Source: Octopus vulgaris (taxonomy: Eukaryota). Taken from it: 64,000 nucleotides of DNA. The translations under genes and the position numbers were made by a program. The stretch is taken from contig OX597827.1 in the NCBI GenBank assembly GCA_951406725.2, positions 63,550,001 to 63,614,000 on the forward strand. Reading direction: 5' to 3'. Every line of letters begins with the position of its first letter. Position 1 is the first letter of the stretch. This document shows positions 1 to 12,690 of this stretch, one piece after another. The notes below the pieces were generated by a model. It saw only the letters and a list, made by a program, of their open reading frames with translations, was not told the origin of the DNA and did no database searches.

Positions 1-485
1 CTTCTCGAATCATATCGACTCACAAGGACCGGGGTTTCCCCTGGTTTCATGGCATTTCTATTTCCCACCCGGATGGGACACCGGTTCATCGCAGGATGAC
101 TTGTTGCTAGCTGAGTGGACAGAAACAACGTGAAATGAAGTGTTTTGCTCAAGAACACACCGTGTCACCCGATCCAGGAAACGAAACCACAATCTTACAA
201 TCATCTGTCCAACATCATAACCACTAAGCTACAGGCCTCCACAAATGAGGTAAAGCTACATTCTCAAGTCATACCGACTCATAAGGGCCAGTTTCCCGGT
301 TTCATGAACTTGGGCTGGGTACCGAGCCATCGCAGGGTTACTCATTTTTGCCAGCTGAGTGGACTTGAGCAACATGATACGATGTGCTTTGATCAAGAAC
401 ACAATGCATCACCCAGTCCAGGAATCGAAACCACAATCTTACAATCGTGAGTCCAACACCCTAACCACTAAGCCACGCACCTCCT
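1..485 (-). mobile_element. Two tandem copies of tRNA-derived SINE family D (octopus OR-like)
   Basis: Repeated body (gctgagtggac...caagaacac...ccaggaatcgaaaccac...aaccactaagc). The reverse complement gives A-box tggcttagtgg and a B-box-like gtttcgattcc. Related copies at 21670-21960, 38430-39150, 39370-39950 and 49905-50045. Confidence 0.75.
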
Positions 486-491
486 CATGAT

Positions 492-850
492 ATCATCATC
501 ATCATCATCATCATTTAGCGTCCGTTTTCCATGCTAGCATGGGTTGGACGGTTCAACTGGGGTCTGTGAAGTCGGAAGGCTTCATCCGGCCTAGTCAGAT
601 CTGGCAATGTTGCCCTTCCTAACGCCAACCACTCCGTGAGTGTAGTGGGTGCTTTTTACGTGCCACCCGCACAGGTGCCAGAGAGAGCTGGCAAACGGCC
701 ACGAACGGATGGTGCTTTTTATGTGCCATTGGCACGGGGCCCAGGCGAGGCTGGCAACGGACATGAACGGATGGTGCTTTTTACGTGCCACCGGCCCGAG
801 GCCAGTCGGGGCGGCGCTGGCAACGGTCACGAACGGATGGTTCTCTTACA
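492..850 (-). mobile_element. SINE family C with (TGA)n tail and internal ~60-bp tandem subrepeats
   Basis: The minus strand ends ccgtccaacccatgctagcatggaaaacggacgctaaa(tga)n, and ggtgctttttacgtgcca recurs 3-4 times. Other copies at 2155-2220(+), 9190-9680(+, split), 41780-42040(-), 50095-50360(-) and 60385-60705(-). Confidence 0.75.
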
Positions 851-976
851 TGGGAATATATTAGTGAATATTATTTTAGTCAGTTTAAACTGATTTCTTT
901 TGTGCCGTAAGCCTTTTACCATTTCCATGGTGCTCTCCTTCCCTTGGTGCCCTAAGCACATGCTTATTTTGCTTAA

Positions 977-1195
977 CCTTTTAGCATTCACGATATCCTG
1001 TTGAAAGTAATGATTCTTTATTCACGTTTTGAATTAATTTTGCATTATCTTGCAAGCTTTTGAGATTTTGATGCGGTAACTGTTAATTTTTAGAAGGATA
1101 TTCTTGGGATGGCGTGAGAAGCCAGATCTGGCGAGTCTGATCATAAAACATGTGGAATATTTGGGCTGAATATGTCTGGGTTAAATACTAATGGG
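977..1195. mobile_element. piggyBac-like MITE with TTAA target site duplication
   Basis: TTAA|ccttttagcatt ... aatactaatggg|TTAA. Homologous copies at 42221-42438 and 56140-56359. Confidence 0.7.
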
Positions 1196-1285
1196 TTAAT
1201 TGTTGAACCAGTGTTGCAACCAATGTAGGAAAACAGTCACTCCATTTAAAATACTTTTGCAAGGAAGATGTGGGTTCCATACATA

Positions 1286-1798
1286 TCTATATATATAAAA
1301 CTGTAGTTGTGTGAGTGTCTGTCCCCTTCGATTTAGATTCCTAACTACTCCCACATTTTGCGGTGCAGTTTAACCAAATTCGGGTATCTTATAGTCGTGA
1401 TTCATATCGAGCCCGTCTGGCTATTAGCGCGCGTCTACGATGAGTCTACGATTTTAAAAATAATTTAACATCATTTTTTATTCCATTTTAATGCATAATT
1501 TTTCGTGTGTCGATGGTGGCGGAGTTGGCGTCCATGGTCACACCTGCACCTGTTTGCTTCTCCCCCTTCTTCCCTCCCTCGTGAAGCTGTGGGGAAGGGA
1601 GTGTAAGGAAATCAACGTCGTAAAGCGTTGTCAAGGAGGCCAGCGTTCTTTTAGAACAACGACTTCATGGCTTGAAGACACCAAAACAGAAATGGCTAAG
1701 AAAGCCCGAATTGGTATCTGTAAGGGAAGTAACTCTCTAAAAATGCTTATATAGTTATTTCCCTTACAAACCCGAGCAACGCCGGGCGATACTGCTAG
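1286..1798 (+). mobile_element. Non-autonomous Helitron
   Basis: A|TC 5' end, subterminal hairpin cccgagcaacgccggg, CTAG|T 3' end, no TSD. Both ends are shared with 18518-18909. Confidence 0.85.
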
Positions 1799-1892
1799 TT
1801 GTCTCTATATTATTCAGAATGGGATCTTAATCAGGGTCCATATGACCCTTGAGGATCTATATAAGATTTTGTTGTTAACATTTATGTGCAAT

Positions 1893-2110
1893 AAGGCGGC
1901 AAGCTGGCAGAAACCTTAGCATGCCGGGCGAAATGATTAGCAGTATTTCATCTGTCTTTATGTCCTGAGTTCAAATTCCGCTGAGGCCGACTTTGCCTTT
2001 CATCCTTTTGGGAGTGTCAATAAATTATGTACCAGTTGCATACTGGGTCGATCTAATCAACTGGCCGCCTCCCCCAAAATTTCAGGCCTTGTGCCTAGAA
2101 TAGAAAAGGA
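1893..2110 (+). mobile_element. SINE family A (aggcggcgagctggcagaa head)
   Basis: B-box gagttcaaattcc and conserved core gcctttcatcc...gtacc. Flanked by a ~15-bp TSD, atttatgtgca(a/g)taa. Confidence 0.85.
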
Positions 2111-2259
2111 TATTTATGTGCAGTAAATTAGTTGTATAGTTATATATTAGTTGACCAGCTCTGGTCAAACCGTCCAACCCATGCCAGCATGGACAACGGA
2201 TGTTAAATGATGATGATGAGGAGGAGGAGGAGGAGGAGGAGGAGGATATTTTTAAACAT

Positions 2260-2545
2260 CAAACAGCTTGGCAAGTCAATCTGAGTAAAATAGGGACCAC
2301 AGAGTTCCAGAAATGGTTGAGAAATACTGATTTAAAGCTACCATGGTAAATACTAATAACTAAGAGTATAAAGAGGAGAGTTTGATGCTGACAAAGAAGC
2401 TCCCTAATGTTAGGGGCATGAAAAAATGCACCCAGTCCATGATGCAAAGTGATTGTTGATTGGTTGGGCTTTCAGACTGTAGAAGAATTGCCAAAATCAT
2501 GCAAAACTCATGGGAAAATGATGAGAAATTGAGTTTATCTGGATG
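2260..2545 (-). pseudogene. Decayed Penelope-like retroelement fragment (C-terminal RT/linker)
   Basis: Minus-strand frames give ILLQSESPT...[12 protein letters not shown], resembling the PLE motif AFRRPPNLRDLL. Frameshifted. Confidence 0.4.
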
Positions 2546-2619
2546 GATTGTGTGTGGGTGTTTTATGTGTGTTTTTATGTGAATTCCTGTTACCCAAATC
2601 CCTATACCATATCCTTGTG

Positions 2620-3650
<1,031 letters not shown>

Positions 3651-3744
3651 AGTATTCACATAAATTTTACCTGATTTTTCTCTTCCATATTTTTTTTCAT
3701 TTTTATTATTTTATTTTTTTTCCGTTTTCTCTGTTTTATGATAG

Positions 3745-3887
3745 CATTTATAATGACGCAGATGCACAAAATGCGACCTCGCAACATGCATGAAAGACAC
3801 TGCAGTCGAAAACTGATAAAAGAATATGTTCTGATTGTGAAGGAAGGATGCAAACCTAGCAAACCATATAACAGGCCAAAGAGTAAG
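3745..3887 (+). CDS. Candidate isolated exon, unknown product (FIMTQMHKMRPRNMHERHCSRKLIKEYVLIVKEGCKPSKPYNRPKSK)
   Basis: Long pyrimidine tract, then atgatag|, and a consensus AAG|GTAAGT donor. One frame is open and the sequence is a unique island. No protein family recognised. Confidence 0.3.
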
Positions 3888-4134
3888 GTAAGTCAAGCTT
3901 TTATTTTTTTGTTTTTTGTTTTTGTTTTCTTTTTTTTTGGAGTGTTTTTCTTTTTTTTTTTTTCCAATCGTCATTTATAAATTTATTTTTTTGTTCTGAT
4001 GCTGGTCTTGCTAGAGGTGGAGAAAGGTTGTAATGGCAGCTGTGTGTGGGAATATGTGATATATGATGTTAGACGTTTTAGGATATAAATAAATTACTAC
4101 CACTATATGTATTATATGTGTATATATATACATA

Positions 4135-4173
<39 letters not shown>

Positions 4174-4196
4174 GTATATATGTATATATAGATATT

Positions 4197-4259
<63 letters not shown>

Positions 4260-4304
4260 ATATATGTATATATATATATTTATGTATATATATATATATA
4301 TTTA

Positions 4305-4371
<67 letters not shown>

Positions 4372-4390
4372 GTATATATATATATTTGTG

Positions 4391-4424
<34 letters not shown>

Positions 4425-4540
4425 GTCTATATATACACTCATGGAGTGGTTGGTATATATATATTTATGTATATATATGTATATATATAGCTTGGAAAGT
4501 GGACGCTAAACGATGATATGATGATATATCTATGTATATA

Positions 4541-4582
<42 letters not shown>

Positions 4583-4605
4583 ATATATGTATATATTTAT
4601 ATATG

Positions 4606-4649
<44 letters not shown>

Positions 4650-4655
<6 letters not shown>

Positions 4656-5035
4656 CGTATATACTTCTGTATTTTGGCTGTAAATTGCGAATAAGCCATG
4701 TTTATAAATTTATAATTTTTCACTTTTAGCATTTGTGAAATCAGCATATGATTTCTATGGAAACTCATAAACTGATAGGGCGAGCTTAGCTTATTCCGAG
4801 GCAGCTGTGTGAGAGCCACTGATGAACATTAATCAAATGTGAAATCACAGGTGATCTGGCTTCCCTGGATGCTACAGGGAGCCTGCCTCCCTTGTCAGTC
4901 ATAAGATAAGTGCATTCTCGTAGATAAGAGTTGTTTTGGCTCTTATTTCTAGCAATGCAGCTGCTAACCCTTAGTCACTTTAGTGACGTATATACTTCTG
5001 CCTTTCGGTTGTAAATCGTGAATAAGCTACCTTTA
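4650..5035 (+). mobile_element. Retrozyme-like / PLE-dependent unit of 331 bp with terminal redundancy
   Basis: A ~55-bp direct repeat (tagtgacgtatatacttctg...gaataagc) at 4650 and 4981 encloses a hammerhead ribozyme. The unit is embedded in (TA)n. Confidence 0.7.
4813..4862 (+). ncRNA. Type I hammerhead ribozyme, intact core
   Basis: Stem I gagcca/tggctt; CTGATGA at 4819-4825; stem II acatt/aatgt; GAAA at 4841-4844; stem III atcac/gtgat; AUC triplet with predicted cleavage after C4856. Confidence 0.85.
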
Positions 5036-5097
5036 TTATTTATGTATTTACATGTATATATGGATATATAGATATGTACATACATATATATACGTGT

Positions 5098-5139
<42 letters not shown>

Positions 5140-5166
5140 ATGTGTATATGTATATATATATGTGTA

Positions 5167-5209
<43 letters not shown>

Positions 5210-5212
<3 letters not shown>

Positions 5213-5445
5213 GAAATTTTTTTTTGAAACTGTCGCGGAGGAAACAAATGCTCAACGCATAATTTCTATTTGTGGAAGACCTGATCCACTATGGTAGCCA
5301 ACCAATACTGTAGAAACGTGAGCTTTTTTTTCTATAAACATTATGTTTGGTATCGAGCAGCTTCCTCAACTGTGGAACTACTGGAATCTTGATATCAGGT
5401 ATGGTGATCCATATATCTCCAGCACTATGTCCAGCCGTTCAAAAA
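5210..5445 (+). pseudogene. piggyBac (PGBD-like) transposase relic
   Basis: Translates across stops and frameshifts to AEETN...DPLW*PTNTVE...INIMFGIEQLPQLWNYWNLD...YISSTMS, matching the piggyBac N-terminal core (ETN..W.PT...MGI..LP...YW...MSR). Confidence 0.7.
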
Positions 5446-5452
5446 TTTCGAA

Positions 5453-5848
5453 CTGGAGATCTCCATTTCCAGCGACTTCGAGGGCCACCTCTCAGTGGTG
5501 TCGGGCGTCAACGAAGAGCTCTCGACTACAACAAGACGACCAAAGTTTTTTTTTTCCAAGGTCTGGGGTCTCCCGCCCCTAAACCCTAGACCATCACCTA
5601 ATCACCCTTACCCGTCTTGTTGCTTAACAACAACAACAGCAGCATCTGTTCATTGGACCTGGAGATCTCCATTTCCAGCGACTTCGAGGGCCACCTCTCA
5701 GTGGTGTCAGGCGTCAACAAAGAGCCCTCGACTACAACAAGACGACCAAAGTTTTTTTTTTTTCTAAGGTCTGGGGTCTCCCGCCCCTAAGCCCTAGACC
5801 ATCACCTAGTCACCCTTACCCATCTTGTTGCTTAACAACAACAACAGT
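5453..5848. repeat. Tandem duplication, 206-bp period, two copies
   Basis: ctggagatctccatttccagcg starts at 5453 and 5659; the copies are near-identical. Confidence 0.9.
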
Positions 5849-5895
5849 ATTATGTCCAACTATAGTTAATTTATATATTGTTCATATTGTTCAAA

Positions 5896-6127
5896 AGGCG
5901 GCGAGCTGGTAGAAACGTTAGCACGCTGGGCGAAATTCGTAGCCGTATTTCGTCTGTCGTTACGTTCCGAGTTCAAATTCTGCCGAGGTCGACTTTGCCT
6001 TTCATCCTTTCGGGGTCGATAAATTAAGTACCAGTTACGCACTGGGTTCGATGTAGTCAACTTAATCCCTTTGTTTGTCCTTGTTTGTCCCCTCTGTGTT
6101 TAGTCCCTTGTGGGTAGTAAAGAAATA
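5896..6127 (+). mobile_element. SINE family A, full length
   Basis: Family A head, core and tail, with TSD atatattgttca. Further copies at 9330-9558(+), 12730-13185(- x2), 24585-24905(- x2), 37950-38355(- x2), 47910-48090(+), 48490-48625(+), 53150-53350(-), 54413-54625(+), 54630-54790(-) and 62890-63125(+). Confidence 0.9.
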
Positions 6128-7229
6128 TATATATTGTTCATGTAAAAAGCCACAAGGTACCTCTGCCTCCAAAGGATTACGATCATTTGAAATTTTGGGT
6201 TGATATCACATCTCAGTTACAACGAGAGTTATTTTTTTTTCCAGAAAGCACAGAACTATGAGAAAAGCAAAATTAACTGAGATGGGTGTCAACAGAGAAA
6301 CTATTGACTTCCATAAAGTGGAAAAAATAAATAGAAGGAAAAAAGCTTATTGACTGTTTGATGAAAAAAAAAAAAAAAAAACCTATGAAAGGATATCAGG
6401 TCAAGACCTCATTTATATATGTTCATTTTGCAAAGTGCCTTTGTGTAAAGGACGCTTTGGACAGTTTCACGGTAGAAATATGGCATAACCATATTTTGTT
6501 GTTTGATAGTAATACTATCATATATTCCTTTCATTTTATTACAAATTCTATGTGAAAGGGAGAAATACATATTAATTTTCAGTATGTTATACACCTGTAT
6601 TTAACTTTGCCTCACCTGTATTCACCTTTGCCTTACCTGTTAATGAACGTTTTTTCATTAGATGCATTCTGTTATGTAAATGTATTCATTAAATTTTATA
6701 AGAGCACATGACCAATGTTATATTGACAGTAAAAGAGTTTTGTACTTTATTTTCAATGAAAATGTTTGAATGAAATATAAGAGAAAGAAAAAGGCTTGTA
6801 CCGATTATACCTATATTTTAATTAATTCAAATTAATGTACCTCATCTTGAAAAATGGTAGAATTGTTGGCGGTTGACATCTGGGATAATTTCAGTTACAA
6901 ATCAAACAGGTTGAGATGCATTAAGAATTTCAGTTTTAGTGTTTGTCCATAGTGTTATTGCTTTTACACCTGTTAATTAAATTTACCTGCCCATAAAAGT
7001 CAAATTTAATTAGCCGGATCAGCCAAAATGACATAACTACAATCCACTGGTATATAAAGCACCCACTGACGAAATTTGAAATCTGTATGTAAAAAGTTAA
7101 CAAAGTTACAAGCAAATATTGTGGACTCTCCTCTTAAACCTGAATAATACAAAATACTGAGAAGAAATAAGCATTACATTTGACAGATTAATCTGAACAC
7201 CAAAGTCCCAATAATATATATGTACATAC

Positions 7230-7640
7230 TCATTTACTTGTTTCAGTCATTTTGACTGGCCATGCTGGAGCACCGCCTTTTAGTTGAAGAAATCGAATTC
7301 TCAATTTATTCTTTATAAACCCGGTATTGATCCTATTGGTCTCTTTGCTGAACCACACCAACATCAGTTGTCAAGCAATGGTGGTGGTGGTGGTGAGGGG
7401 ACAAGCACAGAAACAAACACACACTATACATACATACATATACATATAGTTAACATATTACACACACACACACATATACGACAAACTTCTTTCAGTTTTC
7501 ATCTACCAAATACACTCACAAGGCTTTGGTCAGCCTGAAGCTAAAGTAAAAGACACTTGCCTGAGTGCCATGTAGTGAGAGTGAACCCCGAACCATATGG
7601 TTGAAGAGTAAGCTTTTTACCACACAGCCACGTCTGTGCC
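7230..7640 (-). mobile_element. SINE family B (ggagtggctgtgtggtaag head)
   Basis: Reverse complement of the family B consensus, diverged. Confidence 0.75.
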
Positions 7641-7854
7641 TATACATACAATTATATATATATATACATATGCATATATATATATACATATATATATGTA
7701 AATATATTTGTGTATGTATGTATATATATGTATATATACATATGCATATATATATGTAAATATATATATATATTTGTGTATCTATATATATGTGTGTGTG
7801 TGTGTGTGTTTATTTATATATGTGTATGTTTGCATATATATGTATATATATATA

Positions 7855-7896
<42 letters not shown>

Positions 7897-7989
7897 GTAT
7901 ATTATATATCTGTATATTCATTTATACATACTATGTAATTATACATTAGTATACTATATAGATGGGTGTGAATTTGTGTCTATATATAA

Positions 7990-8022
<33 letters not shown>

Positions 8023-8663
8023 GATAGATACATACATACATATATATATGTATATATACATACATACACAAACACACACATATATATATATGCATCTATG
8101 TATGTGCATACAAACATATATATATATATGTACATATATATATATATATCACAAATCATTTACTGTCTTCTTTAGATGAGATGTAGTTAGATTCACTCCA
8201 CATTGATTGCATACAAACTCCGCTCATATCTTCCCTGTTGTTTTGGCAATGTATTGATTGTAGCGCAACTTCTGCCATTTGTATTCATCAGTGTGTGTGT
8301 GTGTGTATCTGTGTGCACATTCATACATACATACTTATATATAAACGTGTGTGTATGTATGTATGTATGTATGTGTATGTGTGTGTAAATATCTGTGTGT
8401 TCGTGATGCGTCTGTCCATCTGTCTCTATATCTATTTGTCATTGCATCGTATCATTATCAGCATGTATAATATATCTCTGGTCACGTACGTACACTCGGA
8501 AGTTATCTTCGTTAATAGACGCTCCAATAATTTGTCTAATTAGACGGTTCCTGTGTCCTCCAATCATTACCAAGAGACTAGTGTTTGGCTTATTTCTTTT
8601 TTTACAGATTATTTTTTTTTTATTTTTGTGTGAGTGTGTGTGAGTGTGTATATATGGACTTAG

Positions 8664-8836
8664 AAGTGGCTGTGTAGTAAGTAACTTGCTTACGAACCAC
8701 ATGGTTCCGGGTTCAGTCCCACTGCATGGCACATTGGGCAAGTGTCTTGTACTATAGCCTCGGGCCGACCAAAGCCTTGTGAGTGGATTTGGTAGACGGA
8801 AACTAAAAGAAGCCCATCATATATATGTATTTATAC

Positions 8837-8874
<38 letters not shown>

Positions 8875-8920
8875 TTGTGTGTCTGTATTTGTCCCCTCAA
8901 CATTGCTTGACAAGCAATGC
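8664..8920 (+). mobile_element. SINE family B, 3' truncated
   Basis: tRNA-like head gtggctgtgtagtaag...gggttcagtccc, then ttgggcaagtgtct and gtgagtggatttggtagacggaaact. Confidence 0.85.
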
Positions 8921-10619
8921 TAGTTTCCTTTTGCTTTAACTTTCTGCTTTTTCTTGGATGTTAATCTCATATGAGTGCAGGCATTTCTTCTGTTTCATTC
9001 AAAGGCTGATTTCACTTCAGTTTCATTTATATCCTGGTCAAACTTGACCACTGGTTTTAATTGACTTCTGCTTCTCTGTTTCCCGATTTAACATATTTAC
9101 TTGGAATTTTTGATTTTCTTTTGAGTCTTGAGCGTTCTTACAAGTTCTATTTGAGTGCTTGCTGGCATCAGCTTCATTTCTGCTACTTCCATGTAAAAAG
9201 CACTGGTGCTGGTGTTACATAAAAAGTGCCCTGTACACTCTGTGTAGTGATTGGCATTAGGAAGGGCATTCAGCCATAGAAACCATGCCAGAATGGACAA
9301 TAGACAGACAAACCATGTCAAAACGGACAAAGGCAGTGAGCTGGCGGAAACGTTAGCACACCTGGTGAAATGTTTAACGGTATTTCGTCTGTCTTTACAT
9401 TCTGAGTTCAAATTCCGTCAAGGTCGACTTTGCCTTTCATCCTTTCGGGGTCGATAAATTAAGTACCAGTTGTGCACCAAGGTTGATGTAATCGACTTAA
9501 TCTCTTTGTCTGTCCTTGTTTGTCCCCTCTATGTTTAGCCCCTTGTGGGCAATAAAGAACTAATGGACAATGGAGCTCGGTGTAGCTCCTCGCCTTACCA
9601 GCTCTGGTCAAATCCTCCACTCCATGCCAGCAGGCAAAATGGATGTTAAATGATGATGATGATGGTGATGATGATGATGTTGTTAATTTCATTTTGGATT
9701 TGGTTAATGACTAGTTAAATTCTACTCCTGTGATTGATAGTACCTGACCCAGAACTTTGCAGTATCCATCAGAGCCAGTAAACATAATGTAGGGAACCTT
9801 TGCATCAAGGAGACCCTCCTTATTCATAGCTGAGGCCAGCTCAGAACAACAGAAAAGGGCTTCAAAAAGCAGGCTGGTTATTATTATAACGACACCAATC
9901 TATTTTTTGTTATTTATTTTTTACATGTTTCAGTCATTGAATCATGTCCATGCTGGAGCACTGCCTTGGAGAGTTTCAGTCAAACAAATCAACCCTCAGT
10001 AGTTATTTTTAAGCCTGGTTTTTATTCTATTGCTCCCTTTTGTCAAACTGTAATGTTATGGGGATGTAAGCAAAACAACATCGGTTGTCAGGTCATAGGA
10101 GGAGGACAGAGACACTAACATACACTTATATGCATTTATATATATATATATATATATAACACATACATATATATATATAACATACACACAAATATACATA
10201 TATATATGCAATGGGCTTCCTAGTAGTTTCAGTGTACCAAATTGACTTACAAAACATTGGTCAGTTTAGGGGTATAAAAGAAGACATTTGTCCAAGGTGC
10301 TGGGATTGAACCTGAAGCCATGTGGTTACAAAGTGACCTTCTCGACCACTCACCCATGTGCCTCTGAATTTCTTTTAAATATTTCATATGCTGTATTTGT
10401 TCATGTCTACTATTTACATACCTAAAATGTAAATACGCATATAGTGGAATGTTGAAAATGTACAAATATATACATTTGAAGTGATGTGGCACTATTGAAC
10501 AAACAACTAACCAACAAAGAGAGAGAGAGAACAGGGGAAAGGTGAAGGAGAGATCAATAGATTTGGTAATAAAGCAGAAAAATAGAGATACACTATGTGT
10601 GTGTGTGTGTGTATATCTC

Positions 10620-11015
10620 TCTTTTACTCTTTTACTTGTTTCAGTCATTTGACTGTGGCCATGCTGGAGCACCACCTTTAGTCGAGCACATCGATCCCAG
10701 GACTTATTCTTTGTAAGCCTAGTACTTATTCTATCGGTCTCTTTTGCCGAACCACTGAGTTTCGGGGATGTAAACACATCAGCATTGGTTGTCAAGTGAT
10801 GTTGGAGGGGACAAACACAGATACACAAGCACACATATATACATATACATATATACGACAGGCTTCTTTCAGTTTCTGTCTTCCAAATCCACTCACAAGG
10901 CTTTGGTCAACCCGAGGCTTTAGTAGAAGACACTTGCCCAAGGTGCCATGCAGCGGGACTGAACCCAGAACCATGTGGTTGGTAAGCAAGCTACTTACCA
11001 CACAGCCACTCCTGT
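10620..11015 (-). mobile_element. SINE family B, full length
   Basis: Reverse-complement match to 23588-23965. An older copy lies at 9920-10360(-). Confidence 0.9.
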
Positions 11016-11185
11016 GCCTATATATACACACACATACGAGTGTATTTCTCTCTCTCTCTCTCTCTCTCTCTGTATATATATATATATATATATATATACA
11101 TACATACATATATATATATATATGTACATATATATACATACATACATATATATATATATGTACATATATATACATACATACATAC

Positions 11186-11244
<59 letters not shown>

Positions 11245-11250
<6 letters not shown>

Positions 11251-11374
11251 ATATAATTCGAGACAAAACCACTATTTTAAAACCAAACAAATTTATATTA
11301 AAATGTTATGTATTGATTAAGTCTTTCCTTGTTTGGTTTTAAAATAGTGGTTTTGTCTCGAATTATATTATATA
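11245..11374. repeat. Perfect 46-bp inverted repeat with 38-bp spacer
   Basis: 11245-11290 is the exact reverse complement of 11329-11374. Related sequence occurs at 25335-25630. Confidence 0.9.
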
Positions 11375-11794
11375 ATATTTTACTATAAAATTGGATTTAA
11401 CCCTAAATCTGATTTTTCCCTGTAATTTTGGATTCATTCCCTAATATTTATTATTATATATATATATATATATGCATACACACACACACACACACACACA
11501 CACATGCATATATATTTATGAATAGTGAGAGAGAGAGAGACACTGTAAGATCATTGGAGTAATTAAAAGGCAGGTACCTAAAATAGTTACATACTTACAC
11601 ACACACACGGATAGATAGACACACAGACAGACAAATAGATTTGAAGGTTAGGTAGGCAGATAGGCAGAAAAAACCGAGAAACCAATAGTTTGACTAAGAG
11701 AAAGCTACAGAGTTTGCACTTGTTTACATAAACAAGTGCAAAACCCGTTCATGCAATTTAAGTTTTGCACTATCGTATTTAAATGTGTGCTTAC

Positions 11795-11803
11795 CACCAT
11801 GCA
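11795..11803 (-). CDS. Candidate 9-nt microexon (TGCATGGTG) of an unidentified host gene
   Basis: The minus strand reads cctttttttctttccttttAG|TGCATGGTG|GTAAGC. It is frame-preserving and lies in a ~330-bp unique island with several TGCATG motifs. Confidence 0.6.
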
Positions 11804-12657
11804 CTAAAAGGAAAGAAAAAAAGGTATGCAGTTCTTCTACGACTGTCTTTTGTCTTAACACGAACATACTAATGTCTACAGCATACTTGCACGAAATTGC
11901 AACAGCGCATGCATAATGCACGCCTATATGGGCAATATTGGAAAGCATGCATAACTGAATACGTGTTGTCAAATGCTTGCATACTGTATGGATACGAACA
12001 GCGTTTTGTTTAATATTAACTTGCAGTGAATTCAGTTTGGTAACATTTTTTTTTAAATAATTTTTTTTTTATTCTTGTTATTTTTATTGTTTGGTGTTTT
12101 TTTTTGTTGTTATTGTTATTGTTATTGTTGCAACACCTTTTTTGTCTTTCTTACGTCGGTATATTTTTTTCATTTTCGTTGTTGTTTTTTTTTTTTTTTT
12201 TTTTTGCTCACTAGAGACATTAAGCTGAGTACCGCACATCAACGGGAAAACTGTCTGATCATACAGAGTGTTTTTCAATGTTCATTGACGTAGCAGACTG
12301 TGTACCTCTTTGTCTCCTTATTGTTGTATATTTTGTCACAGAACCTTGTTAGTACTGCAGTTATTCATAAATAACACACATTTTCCCCCATGACTTTACG
12401 GTAGGTGCACATTTAAGGCCTACACTGGTAGAGTACAAAAGCAGCTTTGGAATTTGTTTCGGTTTTGTTTAGAATACGTAAATTTTTGTAATATATTTTA
12501 CACAGCAATTATAATAAATCTGGCTATACTCTAATTTTTCTATAATACTAAAGGAAAATCGGTGCATACTAATATTTATGTTTCTCCTCAGACAAAAAGA
12601 ACCAGAACAAATAATACCAAGTATTTTGTCCGTCTTCTGCCAATAATAATAATAATG

Positions 12658-12690
<33 letters not shown>

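Noticed and set aside
145-893. ORFs over SINE families C and D, and similar ORFs over families A and B elsewhere
   Set aside because: They lie within multi-copy non-coding SINEs and frames are not conserved between copies.
5505-5540. HHR-like gtcaacgaagagctctcgactac in the 206-bp dimer
   Set aside because: Lacks both CUGANGA and GAAA.
7060-7090. ctgacga...gaaa motif; also CTGANGA at 13150, 33289 and 36497 and on the minus strand at 19051
   Set aside because: Stems cannot form or GAAA is missing.
6150-7138. Possible Kolobok-like DNA element ending ctcctcTTAA
   Set aside because: No matching left TIR was found.
12215-12400. Plus-strand exon-like segment (ctcacTAG ... ACG|GTAGGT)
   Set aside because: Stops occur in all three frames, and it conflicts with the better minus-strand signal nearby. 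A non-coding or terminal exon cannot be excluded.
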